A stretch of DNA of 64,000 nucleotides from sequence record MH359124, one strand, 5' to 3'. Positions 1 through 8,460 of the stretch are shown here, one piece after another; position 1 is the first letter of the stretch; each line of letters opens with the position of its first letter. Under the pieces are notes generated by a model that saw only the letters and a list, made by a program, of their open reading frames with translations, made no database searches and was not told where the DNA came from. The position numbers and the translations under genes were made by a program. This DNA is from Escherichia phage SF.

Positions 1-36
1 TTTGACTATGAAAATTAACAGCAACGAACAAATTCT

Positions 37-62
37 TAAAAAGGCCCTTATGGGCCTTTTTG
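37..62 (+). terminator. Rho-independent terminator
   Basis: AAGGCCC-TTAT-GGGCCTT hairpin then TTTT; follows the upstream gene whose stop is at 16..18. Confidence 0.6.
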
Positions 63-194
63 AAACTAAAGCGGCTAAAGTGATTAAAGAGCCTGTTCAA
101 TTGTAATACTACGCTGATGCATTTCTTCATAGCGTTCTTGGAAGTATCGATGCTGAAGCTTTACGTTATATCAACATCGCTAAGAAATTCAAAT

Positions 195-219
195 AAGCTT
201 TATGAATTGAGTATATAAT
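195..219 (+). promoter_or_regulatory. Middle (MotA-dependent) promoter for gene 42
   Basis: MotA-box-like AAGCTTTA, 11-nt spacer, -10 TATAAT at about 214..219. Confidence 0.5.
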
Positions 220-237
220 AACTGTATTGAGGTAAAC

Positions 238-954
238 ATGGGAAAACATAACACAATGAAATATATTAAAGCCGCAGATTTTCAATCCGCATTTAAAGCT
301 GTCAATCGTGAAATTTTAGAAAATCCACAGTTCGTTACTGATTCTCGTATTGGACGTTGTAATGAAATTGGGTCTATGACAGTAGTTGTTGATACCCCTT
401 CATCATTCAAAATGACCGACCCACGTATTAATCGCATCTCTTATGAATATGCTGAAGATTTCTGGAAATTTATGATTTCTGGTGGTACTGATGCAGAAGA
501 AGCATTTAAGGCATATCCTAATGTCGCTAAATTTATTTCTAAACCAAAATCAGATGCTTTGCCTACGAACTTCAACACTTTCTATGGTCCTCGCATTGCG
601 GCCCAGTTACCAGCTCTTCTCAAAGAACTTAAAGAGAAACCTAATTCACGAAGAGTTGTGTTCCAAATTCTAGAAAGTTCAGATCAGGCTTTGCTTGATT
701 CAGACGAAACACTTGAATATCCATGTACTGACTCAGTGACTTATTATATTCGTGATGGTAAGCTTTATACCCACTGTCATATGCGTTCTCAGAACTGTGC
801 TGTTGTTATGCAGTTGGATTTTTATCTCCAAGGAAAATTACTTCATTATATCGCTAACGAATGTGGTGTAGAAGTTGGTGATTATACTCATACCATGGTA
901 AGTGCCCATGTGTTTGAACGTGATTTTGATTATGTTAAAGGATTCCTTGACTAA
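238..954 (+). CDS. 42: Thymidylate-synthase-family pyrimidine hydroxymethylase, probable dCMP hydroxymethylase (gene 42 position)
   Basis: 238-aa ORF; TS-fold core motifs (PCT..YYIRD..MRSQN) resemble dCMP hydroxymethylase, but N-terminal half looks diverged from T4 gp42 as remembered; synteny 42-[beta-gt locus]-uvsX; middle promoter upstream. Confidence 0.75.
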   Translation: MGKHNTMKYIKAADFQSAFKAVNREILENPQFVTDSRIGRCNEIGSMTVVVDTPSSFKMTDPRINRISYEYAEDFWKFMISGGTDAEEAFKAYPNVAKFISKPKSDALPTNFNTFYGPRIAAQLPALLKELKEKPNSRRVVFQILESSDQALLDSDETLEYPCTDSVTYYIRDGKLYTHCHMRSQNCAVVMQLDFYLQGKLLHYIANECGVEVGDYTHTMVSAHVFERDFDYVKGFLD

Positions 955-1853
955 TGGCTATTTTCCGCGTACCTATCTTGAGTATGCGGTCTTATGAAAC
1001 TGGACAGTATGCTATCCTTAAGGATGGCAACTTCCAACTTCATTTGCACCGTGCTAATCCAGGTGATGTGATTACATATCCACGTAATGCATCTGATATT
1101 AAAGAATGTGAACGTCTTTTCCCGGAATTTAAGTTTGTTCCATTATGGTATAAAGATAACGCATATAACACTCGTAAATATTTCTGGTCTGAAAATGAAT
1201 TTGTGGTTGATTCATTAATTGATTATTATGATTGTGATTTTCTAATCACAGATATCACTGGATATGACGGCACTTTTGACGTAGAATTCAATTTCAATAT
1301 CACTGCGGACCCTAATAAACCACGTTTTTATATTGACGAATTCTTAAAAACCGACATGTTGTCTGTTAATCGTTCACTTCAAACTACTGTGTTGAATGAA
1401 CGTCAAAAAGAAGTGCTGGTTAACGCAGGTGCAGATGGTAATAAGATTATCGTAACCCGGAAAGTTATACGTCCTTCCATCATGCAGCGTCTTGTAGGTG
1501 ATTTGGCTCCTATTCATCTAGATGGTATTTTTCATCCATTTCGAATTAGTGACCCGTGTTATCGTTTTGAACAAGTGGTTGAATGTGCAATTCAATTAGG
1601 TCAACCGCTTTATATAACCGATCCAAATAATAGCTTCGACAGAAATAAGTATCCTGAAGAAGCGCTGATTCGAATTTTTAATCCAACTAAAACTGAGTAC
1701 TATCAAATTCTTAAAGGACGGCCGAAGATTCAATATTTCGAAAATCCTGAAGAAGTATTCCATCCAGGTCTTGGCGAGTTCATCTACTTTAACGCTTTAA
1801 TTTCTTCACCGTATAATATACCTAAATATGAAGATGTCGTAATCGAGGAATAA
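954..1853 (+). CDS. Hypothetical protein at the beta-glucosyltransferase locus; candidate DNA-modification transferase
   Basis: 299-aa ORF starting at the stop of gene 42 (overlap ATGG); no similarity to T4 beta-gt that I can recognise; function inferred only from position. Confidence 0.5.
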   Translation: MAIFRVPILSMRSYETGQYAILKDGNFQLHLHRANPGDVITYPRNASDIKECERLFPEFKFVPLWYKDNAYNTRKYFWSENEFVVDSLIDYYDCDFLITDITGYDGTFDVEFNFNITADPNKPRFYIDEFLKTDMLSVNRSLQTTVLNERQKEVLVNAGADGNKIIVTRKVIRPSIMQRLVGDLAPIHLDGIFHPFRISDPCYRFEQVVECAIQLGQPLYITDPNNSFDRNKYPEEALIRIFNPTKTEYYQILKGRPKIQYFENPEEVFHPGLGEFIYFNALISSPYNIPKYEDVVIEE

Positions 1854-1854
1854 A

Positions 1855-2403
1855 ATGGCTAAAATTATTTTAGTAGATGGCCCGGATAATGCTGGTAAAA
1901 CAACTTTCATTAATGACATAATGGAAATTAGTGAAAGATATGTAAAGATTGATTTCCCTAAACGAACAGTTGATGGACGTTTCGACGTTAAGTCTCGAAA
2001 TGAAGTTGGCTGTTTCGAAACGATGTTGAATTATTTAGACCCTACTAAGATTTATCTGTTAGACCGTGGATATATTAGTAACTGGGTTTATGGACGTATT
2101 CGACAAGATGCGGACTCGGTTCTTGACGTTTATGAACAGGATTATGTTCGTCTTTGCCAAAACCACGATGTGTTCACAATTATTTTAACACGTAACGAAA
2201 TGACTGAAAGTTTTGAAGACGACCTTATTACTTTGTCTTCATTCGGTTTTAATACAGTAATTTCATATTTTGAAGAGTTTGCAATCCATAACGAAATCCA
2301 AACGTATCAATTACTTAATCATGATGGTGCTAACAAAGTTATAGGATTTAATGCAAGCGAACGTAATAATTTGATTACAGAAATCATCAAATGGGCTCGT
2401 TAA
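1855..2403 (+). CDS. P-loop kinase-like protein (dNMP/thymidylate-kinase-like)
   Basis: 182-aa ORF; Walker A GPDNAGKTT near N-terminus and LLDRGY motif typical of nucleotide kinases; 1 nt after previous stop. Confidence 0.55.
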   Translation: MAKIILVDGPDNAGKTTFINDIMEISERYVKIDFPKRTVDGRFDVKSRNEVGCFETMLNYLDPTKIYLLDRGYISNWVYGRIRQDADSVLDVYEQDYVRLCQNHDVFTIILTRNEMTESFEDDLITLSSFGFNTVISYFEEFAIHNEIQTYQLLNHDGANKVIGFNASERNNLITEIIKWAR

Positions 2404-2422
2404 GAGCCTGTTTAAAGTTTTT

Positions 2423-2450
2423 AAATGCTGTATAACCATTAGTATATAAT
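2423..2450 (+). promoter_or_regulatory. Middle promoter candidate for uvsX
   Basis: AAATGCTGTA box, 12-nt spacer, -10 TATAAT at about 2445..2450. Confidence 0.4.
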
Positions 2451-2503
2451 CATCTTATCTTTTAAACATGAGTAAAATATAATGATGCCTATGGAAAAAT
2501 ACA

Positions 2504-3676
2504 ATGTCTGATTTAAAATCTCGTCTGATTAAAGCTTCTACTTCTAAAATGACCGCAGACTTGACTAAGTCTAAGTTGTTTAATAATCGCGATGAAGTCC
2601 CTACTCGTATTCCGATGTTGAATATTGCATTAGGTGGTGCACTGAATGCTGGGTTGCAATCAGGCTTAACTATTTTTGCTGCTCCTTCTAAACACTTTAA
2701 AACGTTGTTTGGACTGACCATGGTTGCAGCATATATGAAGAAATATAAAGATGCAATTTGTTTGTTCTATGATTCTGAATTTGGTGCTTCAGAATCTTAT
2801 TTTCGTTCAATGGGTGTTGATTTAGACCGTGTAGTTCATACTCCGATTCAATCTGTCGAACAACTTAAAGTTGATATGACTAATCAGCTTGATGCTATCG
2901 AACGCGGTGATAAAGTTATTATCTTTATCGATTCAATCGGTAATACTGCATCTAAGAAAGAAACTGAAGATGCATTGAACGAGAAAGTCGTAGGTGATAT
3001 GTCTCGTGCTAAGGCACTTAAATCTCTTTTCCGTATTGTGACTCCTTATCTGACTATTAAAGATATTCCGTGTGTTGCAATCAACCATACAGCAATGGAA
3101 ATTGGCGGATTGTATCCTAAAGAGATTATGGGTGGTGGTACAGGTATTCTTTATTCTGCCAACACGGTATTTTTTATCTCTAAACGTCAGGTTAAAGAAG
3201 GTACAGAATTGACCGGTTATGACTTCACGTTGAAAGCAGAAAAATCTCGTACGGTTAAAGAAAAATCTACTTTCCCAATCACGGTTAATTTCGATGGTGG
3301 TATTGACCCATTCAGTGGCTTGTTAGAAATGGCAACTGAAATTGGTTTTGTAGTTAAGCCTAAAGCTGGTTGGTATGCTCGTGAATTCCTTGACGAGGAA
3401 ACAGGCGAAATGATTCGTGAAGAGAAATCATGGCGTGCTAAAGCTACTGATTGTGTAGAATTCTGGGGACCGTTGTTTAAACACAAACCTTTCCGAGATG
3501 CAATTGAAACTAAATATAAGCTAGGTGCTATCTCTTCTATTAAAGAAGTTGATGACGCTGTTAACGACCTTATTAATTGCAAAGCAACAACTAAAGTTCC
3601 GGTTAAAACTTCTGATGCTCCGTCTGCAGCAGATATAGAAAACGACCTTGACGAAATGGAAGATTTCGATGAATAA
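2504..3676 (+). CDS. uvsX: UvsX RecA-like recombinase
   Basis: 390-aa ORF; N-terminus and RecA-fold motifs match T4 UvsX from memory; correct synteny. Confidence 0.95.
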   Translation: MSDLKSRLIKASTSKMTADLTKSKLFNNRDEVPTRIPMLNIALGGALNAGLQSGLTIFAAPSKHFKTLFGLTMVAAYMKKYKDAICLFYDSEFGASESYFRSMGVDLDRVVHTPIQSVEQLKVDMTNQLDAIERGDKVIIFIDSIGNTASKKETEDALNEKVVGDMSRAKALKSLFRIVTPYLTIKDIPCVAINHTAMEIGGLYPKEIMGGGTGILYSANTVFFISKRQVKEGTELTGYDFTLKAEKSRTVKEKSTFPITVNFDGGIDPFSGLLEMATEIGFVVKPKAGWYAREFLDEETGEMIREEKSWRAKATDCVEFWGPLFKHKPFRDAIETKYKLGAISSIKEVDDAVNDLINCKATTKVPVKTSDAPSAADIENDLDEMEDFDE

Positions 3677-4010
3677 TCTCGATGATTTAAATCTAGAAAT
3701 CGTTGATGAATCCCCTTCTTCGGAAGGGGAAGACATTCGCAAAGAACGAGTGTTTAATGAATCTCTTAAAATTATCCGTTCAGCAATGGAAAATGTCATT
3801 CAAGAGATTCTGATTACGCTTGAAGATGGTTCTCATCATATAGTCTATATTACAAAACTAGACTGGGTTGATGGTAAAATCGTAATGGACTTTGCAGTTC
3901 TTGACCAGGACAGAAAAGCAGAACTTGCACCACATGTTGAAAAATGTGTTACAATGCAAGTACAACAAGCTTTTAATGAACGGACCAAGAAAAAATTTAA
4001 ATTCTTTTAA
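3669..4010 (+). CDS. 40: gp40 head vertex assembly chaperone-like
   Basis: ORF track 3648..4010; likely start at ATG 3669 overlapping the uvsX stop; position between uvsX and 41. Confidence 0.6.
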   Translation: MNNLDDLNLEIVDESPSSEGEDIRKERVFNESLKIIRSAMENVIQEILITLEDGSHHIVYITKLDWVDGKIVMDFAVLDQDRKAELAPHVEKCVTMQVQQAFNERTKKKFKFF

Positions 4011-4019
4011 GGAGTTATC

Positions 4020-5462
4020 GTGGTAGAAATTATTTTGTCTCATCTAGTATATGACCAGGCTTATTTTTCTAAGGTCTGGCCTTATATGGATTCTGAGTAT
4101 TTTGAGCGTGGACCGGCAAAAAACGTCTTTAAAATTATAAAGAGCCACGTTAACGAATATAATGCAATGCCATCTATCAATGCGTTAAAGGTGGCTTTAG
4201 ATAACAGTTCTTTAACTGAAGCCGAATACAAAGGAACTTCAGACCTAATTGAAAAATTGGCTGATACTCCTGAAGACCACGAATGGTTGGTTAAAGAAAC
4301 TGAGAAATATGTCCAGCAAAAAGCGATGTATAATGCTACATCAAAAATCATTGAGATTCAGTCTAATGCTGAACTACCTCCAGAACAACGTAACAAGAAA
4401 ATGCCTGACGTAGGAGCTATTCCTGATATTATGCGTCAAGCACTTTCAATTTCGTTTGATAGTTATGTTGGGCATGACTGGATGGAAGACTACGAAGCAC
4501 GCTGGCTTTCTTATCTGAACAAAGCACGTAAGGTCCCGTTCAAATTAAACATTCTGAATAAAATCACTAAAGGTGGTGCTGAAACTGGTACACTGAATGT
4601 TTTAATGGCTGGTGTTAATGTTGGTAAATCTTTAGGCCTTTGTTCACTTGCTGCAGATTATCTTCAAACAGGTCATAATGTTCTTTATATTTCCATGGAA
4701 ATGGCTGAAGAAGTTTGTGCTAAGCGTATAGATGCAAACATGCTTGACGTATCACTTGATGATATTGATGATGGTAACGTATCTTATGCCGAATATAAAG
4801 CCAAGATGGAAAAATGGCGTTCAAAAACAACATTAGGACGTTTAGTAGTTAAACAGTATCCTACTGGTGGAGCTAATGCTAATACATTCCGTGCATTGCT
4901 TAATGAGTTAAAACTTAAGAAGAACTTTGTGCCATCTGTAATCATGGTTGATTACTTAGGTATTTGCGGGTCTTGTCGTATCAGAGTTTACACTGAAAAT
5001 AGTTACACATTAGTTAAAGCTATCGCAGAAGAACTTCGTGCATTAGCAGTAGAATCTGAAACAGTTCTATGGACTGCAGCTCAAGTAGGACGTGCAGCAT
5101 GGGATGCTTCGGATATGAACATGAGCGATATTGCAGAATCGGCAGGTTTACCAGCAACGGCAGATTTCATGTTGGCCGTAATTGAAACCGAAGAACTTGC
5201 ACAAGCTGAACAACAACTTATCAAACAAATCAAATCACGATATGGTGATAAGAATAAGTGGAATAAATTCCTGATGGGTGTACGTAAAGGCAACCAGAAA
5301 TGGATTGAGATTGAGCAAGAAGGCATGAACACACCTAACACAGTAAATGAAAACGCAGGTGCTCAGATGCGTCAGGCAGAGGTGAATCGTACGGAACGCG
5401 TAGGTAAAGCCAAAGCAACACGTGCTGACCTAGATAGCTTAGCCAACGAGTTAAAATTTTAA
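4020..5462 (+). CDS. 41: gp41 replicative DNA helicase (DnaB-like)
   Basis: 480-aa ORF, GTG start after AAGGAG; N-terminus MVEIILSHL and Walker A GVNVGKS match T4 gp41. Confidence 0.95.
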   Translation: MVEIILSHLVYDQAYFSKVWPYMDSEYFERGPAKNVFKIIKSHVNEYNAMPSINALKVALDNSSLTEAEYKGTSDLIEKLADTPEDHEWLVKETEKYVQQKAMYNATSKIIEIQSNAELPPEQRNKKMPDVGAIPDIMRQALSISFDSYVGHDWMEDYEARWLSYLNKARKVPFKLNILNKITKGGAETGTLNVLMAGVNVGKSLGLCSLAADYLQTGHNVLYISMEMAEEVCAKRIDANMLDVSLDDIDDGNVSYAEYKAKMEKWRSKTTLGRLVVKQYPTGGANANTFRALLNELKLKKNFVPSVIMVDYLGICGSCRIRVYTENSYTLVKAIAEELRALAVESETVLWTAAQVGRAAWDASDMNMSDIAESAGLPATADFMLAVIETEELAQAEQQLIKQIKSRYGDKNKWNKFLMGVRKGNQKWIEIEQEGMNTPNTVNENAGAQMRQAEVNRTERVGKAKATRADLDSLANELKF

Positions 5463-5466
5463 TAAA

Positions 5467-5490
5467 AAGGAGACTTCGGTCTCCTTTCGG
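5467..5490 (+). terminator. Rho-independent terminator after gene 41
   Basis: AAGGAGAC-TTCG-GTCTCCTT (UUCG tetraloop) then TTTCGG. Confidence 0.6.
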
Positions 5491-5491
5491 G

Positions 5492-5521
5492 GTTTACATC
5501 TTCCTCTAGGCATGATATGAT
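5492..5521 (+). promoter_or_regulatory. Early sigma70-type promoter
   Basis: GTTTAC, 18-nt spacer, TATGAT; drives ORF 5551. Confidence 0.55.
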
Positions 5522-5550
5522 GTACTTACACAAACCAAGAGGAAAACATT

Positions 5551-5925
5551 ATGAATATGTCTCAAGCAATTTTTACTGCAATCACCGAAAACACAACTGT
5601 TGAAGTAGTTTCTCCGCTGGCAACCTACGTTATTCTTGCTCCTAAAACTATTGTATCTCGTATGGAAAACATGGGCAAACGTATCGTACAAATTGTTGGA
5701 GCTGGAAATCAAAAACTTGATTATCTGCGAACCATCAAAGCTTATGAACATTTCCAACTCGAAAAAGGTTCTCCTATCCAGGTAGAACTCGTAAATGGTG
5801 ATATCGTTCGAGCAATGTTCCATCATTTCTATGCATTGAATGACCCATCTAAAGCTGTTCGTTTAATTGCATACGACGCAAACCAAACCGAAATCAACGC
5901 AGATATATCTAAATTACATTTTTAA
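5551..5925 (+). CDS. Hypothetical protein
   Basis: 124-aa ORF with own early promoter and SD; no T4 counterpart recognised between 41 and dmd. Confidence 0.6.
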   Translation: MNMSQAIFTAITENTTVEVVSPLATYVILAPKTIVSRMENMGKRIVQIVGAGNQKLDYLRTIKAYEHFQLEKGSPIQVELVNGDIVRAMFHHFYALNDPSKAVRLIAYDANQTEINADISKLHF

Positions 5926-5954
5926 GTTTACTTCTCCAGTAGTTGTGTTATGAT
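5926..5954 (+). promoter_or_regulatory. Early promoter with stem-loop (PeSL-like)
   Basis: GTTTAC, 17 nt, TATGAT; -10 enclosed by IR CCAGTAGTTG/CAACTACTGG (5936..5972); drives ORF 5981. Confidence 0.65.
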
Positions 5955-5980
5955 AGACCTATCAACTACTGGAGAACAAA

Positions 5981-6298
5981 ATGAAAACCATCGACTGTAA
6001 AGCAGAATTTAAGATTTTTTATCACGGATCAAGTAGTTCAGCTAACATAGAAAATATGCTTTGTCCTCCTGAGGAAACAGGAGTTCTGTCTGAAACTGGA
6101 CGTAAGAAAAACTTGGATCGTGTATTCTTTACTGAAGATATCGGTTTAGCAAAGATTTATGCAGGACGAGCAGCACGCTCTTGTGGAGGTGAACCACGTC
6201 TCTATCGAGTAATTTCTCCGGTAGACGTAGTTCAAATGAATAATACTAAAGGTGCTACAGTTTATCACGCTGAATGGGCATTTTGCGAGGAAATATGA
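5981..6298 (+). CDS. Hypothetical protein, possible minimal ADP-ribosyltransferase (Arr-like) fold
   Basis: 105-aa ORF; N-terminal FYHGS motif and later hydrophobic Y-x-V-x-SP segment reminiscent of Arr-family; weak, unverified. Confidence 0.55.
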   Translation: MKTIDCKAEFKIFYHGSSSSANIENMLCPPEETGVLSETGRKKNLDRVFFTEDIGLAKIYAGRAARSCGGEPRLYRVISPVDVVQMNNTKGATVYHAEWAFCEEI

Positions 6299-6483
6299 GC
6301 AAATTAACTAAAGTTACTTTTATCGGTTGGTTTAAAAGCGGCGAGATGTTCACTAAAGATATCATGTTATCAGGTGATCGCGAAGAAATCGAGTGGGTTG
6401 CGGTACAACTTGCCGAAGTGAACAACGCATTAGTTAAAGCATTTGTTAATGACGAGAAAGTTTTCGAAGCAGATTTTCGATAA
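6295..6483 (+). CDS. dmd: Dmd, discriminator of mRNA degradation (antitoxin against RnlA/LsoA)
   Basis: ORF track 6274..6483; start at ATG 6295 gives 62 aa; VTFIGWFKSGEMFTKDIM...ALVKAF closely resembles T4 Dmd. Confidence 0.75.
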   Translation: MSKLTKVTFIGWFKSGEMFTKDIMLSGDREEIEWVAVQLAEVNNALVKAFVNDEKVFEADFR

Positions 6484-6496
6484 TTTTAAAATAACC

Positions 6497-6526
6497 GTTT
6501 ACAAGCACCACATACTGTGTTACTAT
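6497..6526 (+). promoter_or_regulatory. Early promoter
   Basis: GTTTAC, 18 nt, TACTAT; drives lipoprotein ORF 6555. Confidence 0.55.
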
Positions 6527-6554
6527 CTTTCTATCAACTACAGAGGAAATTGAA

Positions 6555-6923
6555 ATGAAAAAATTAATCGCTTTAGCAATGGTATTTGGATTAACCGGAT
6601 GTGGTGCCCATGGCTTTATCCCTAATAACGTTGGCCAACTGATTTACAATCCGAATGTTAAACAGTATGAACAACCTAAAGTTGAAGTGGAAGACCCGGT
6701 TACTGTAGGTAATCGAATGATTCAAGCTGATGCTCATGCTCAACGTTATCGTGATTCTGATACTGTGGCTGTGTCAAAAGAACAACGCGTTAAAGAACAT
6801 TGCTTACAGGCTACTGAAATCGCATTCATTCGCTATGTTGAAACAACTGGTAAAGAGCCTACCCAGAAACAAATCGCAAATAACTACGTCCAGTGTATTG
6901 AACGTTTAAACAAATTTAATTAA
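6555..6923 (+). CDS. Putative lipoprotein
   Basis: 122-aa ORF; signal peptide with lipobox LTGC; own early promoter. Confidence 0.65.
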   Translation: MKKLIALAMVFGLTGCGAHGFIPNNVGQLIYNPNVKQYEQPKVEVEDPVTVGNRMIQADAHAQRYRDSDTVAVSKEQRVKEHCLQATEIAFIRYVETTGKEPTQKQIANNYVQCIERLNKFN

Positions 6924-6926
6924 TTG

Positions 6927-6956
6927 GTTTACGCCAAAGTTAAAACAAGATATTAT
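6927..6956 (+). promoter_or_regulatory. Early promoter
   Basis: GTTTAC, 18 nt, TATTAT; drives ORF 6985. Confidence 0.55.
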
Positions 6957-6984
6957 AAACATAACAAATCAAGAGGAAATTAAC

Positions 6985-7233
6985 ATGGAATTATTCGTAG
7001 CTAGTTCAGTAGCGGTTTTAATCGCAGGTATTGGTTCAATCATCATTTACATGTTGCCTTGGGTAATCGCACTTATTCGTGGCACAAAAAGCACAACAGC
7101 AATCTTCTTTGTATCTTTACTCTTTAACTGGACGATGATTGGTTGGATTGGAACTTTAATTTGGTCTATCGTTGCCGAAAAGAAATCTGCCCAGCAGCCT
7201 CAACAAGTAATTATTATTCGCGAAAAAGAATAA
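6985..7233 (+). CDS. Small two-TM membrane protein
   Basis: 82-aa ORF, two hydrophobic helices; own promoter. Confidence 0.6.
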   Translation: MELFVASSVAVLIAGIGSIIIYMLPWVIALIRGTKSTTAIFFVSLLFNWTMIGWIGTLIWSIVAEKKSAQQPQQVIIIREKE

Positions 7234-7237
7234 ACTT

Positions 7238-7267
7238 GTTTACATTATAGATGGACTATAGTATAGT
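7238..7267 (+). promoter_or_regulatory. Early promoter (PeSL-like)
   Basis: GTTTAC, 18 nt, TATAGT inside IR GGACTA..TAGTCC; drives sp. Confidence 0.65.
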
Positions 7268-7296
7268 AGTCCTATCAAATTAACTAAGGAGTTAAA

Positions 7297-7590
7297 ATGA
7301 AAAAGTTATCATTGGCAGCAATCTTACTTGCAGTATCATGTGCACCAGCTCCAGTTACGGCAGGTTATGATAAAGACCTCTGTGAGTGGTCAATGACTGC
7401 AAATCAAGAAGATGTTGAACAACAAATCTTCTCTGATATCATGAACATCACTAAACGAGACCGTCCTAATATGGTTAATAAAGTTGTTGAACAACTTAAG
7501 TCTGGCGGTATCATGCAGTACAATTATGTTTTGTATTGTGACCCTAATTTCGATAACAAAGATATCGTAACCGAAATCACAGGTGAATAA
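7297..7590 (+). CDS. sp: Spackle periplasmic protein (superinfection exclusion / lysozyme inhibitor)
   Basis: 97-aa ORF; signal peptide; GYDKDLCEWSMTA...SGG.MQYNYVLYCD matches T4 Sp. Confidence 0.8.
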   Translation: MKKLSLAAILLAVSCAPAPVTAGYDKDLCEWSMTANQEDVEQQIFSDIMNITKRDRPNMVNKVVEQLKSGGIMQYNYVLYCDPNFDNKDIVTEITGE

Positions 7591-7591
7591 T

Positions 7592-8242
7592 ATGATTTAT
7601 TATATGCACAAAAATGCGCCGTTTAAATATGGTAAATTTCCTAATGCACAATGTTATAATATAACGCCTAATGAAAATAATAACGGATATCATATTGGTG
7701 TAATTTTTGTAATTGTTAAAGATAACGAAATCGTTGCCTGGGCAGATTTTAAAGGTACAACGTATGATGTTAATCCTGTGCCTTTCACATATTACAATAT
7801 AATGGATTTGGCATATGATTATAATTGGTTTAATCATGACGCGTTGGCTCATATTGAAGGTGTAGGATTTGACATCTCTTATTCTAGATATTCATTATGT
7901 CCTATGAGCCGAGCTCACGGTAAAGATGCATCATATCTTTCATTTCGGAAACGTGTAAACTTCAAACGTAGTACAGAGTATGTCGGTGGACTCTTTGTTA
8001 AAGATAATAAAATAACCCGTATTAGTTATCCTTTAAGTGTAGGTCAAAAAGATGTTGATGTTGATTTAGACTTAACTGAAAATAACATTAATCGTATTGC
8101 TTCTGTATATTTTGATATCGATGAAAAAATTGTAGTGTGTGGATACGAATTACCACCTGAAGAAAAGGCTGAAGCAATTGAAGTTGAATTAGAAATTTCT
8201 GTTGATGACCAAATATTTAATGCATTTATGAATCGAGGTTAA
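7592..8242 (+). CDS. Hypothetical protein (61.2-like position)
   Basis: ORF track 7583..8242 (GTG); ATG at 7592 preceded by AGGTGA. Confidence 0.6.
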   Translation: MIYYMHKNAPFKYGKFPNAQCYNITPNENNNGYHIGVIFVIVKDNEIVAWADFKGTTYDVNPVPFTYYNIMDLAYDYNWFNHDALAHIEGVGFDISYSRYSLCPMSRAHGKDASYLSFRKRVNFKRSTEYVGGLFVKDNKITRISYPLSVGQKDVDVDLDLTENNINRIASVYFDIDEKIVVCGYELPPEEKAEAIEVELEISVDDQIFNAFMNRG

Positions 8243-8243
8243 A

Positions 8244-8441
8244 ATGACTACTGCAATTTGCACTGGTTCCAAAATTAGTGTTTTTACAAGTTTTGAAGAT
8301 TATGAAGTTGTTTCAAAACACCAATACCATATTAGCGTAAAAGCTAATGACGGTGTAATTTGGAATATTCCACAGTATGAAGGCACTACATATGAAGTCA
8401 AAGATATAAATGGTGACAAAGCAATCTTTGTAATTGATTAA
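8244..8441 (+). CDS. Hypothetical protein
   Basis: 65-aa ORF tightly packed between neighbours. Confidence 0.5.
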   Translation: MTTAICTGSKISVFTSFEDYEVVSKHQYHISVKANDGVIWNIPQYEGTTYEVKDINGDKAIFVID

Positions 8442-8460
8442 ATATACTCAGGAGGTACCT

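Noticed and set aside
1-18. 3' end of an upstream gene (...FDYEN stop at 16..18)
   Set aside because: Only five codons fall inside the window, too little to identify; it is probably the gene upstream of 42 (imm region in T4).
482-673. Internal + strand ORF (63 aa) inside gene 42
   Set aside because: Alternative frame wholly within a conserved enzyme gene; no independent signals.
2455-2721. - strand ORF (88 aa) overlapping the uvsX start
   Set aside because: Antisense to a well-supported gene with no SD; a likely frame artefact. The same applies to the - strand ORFs 3217..3582, 3521..3799, 4082..4351, 5081..5341, 15359..15607, 15770..16117, 47202..47681 and similar.
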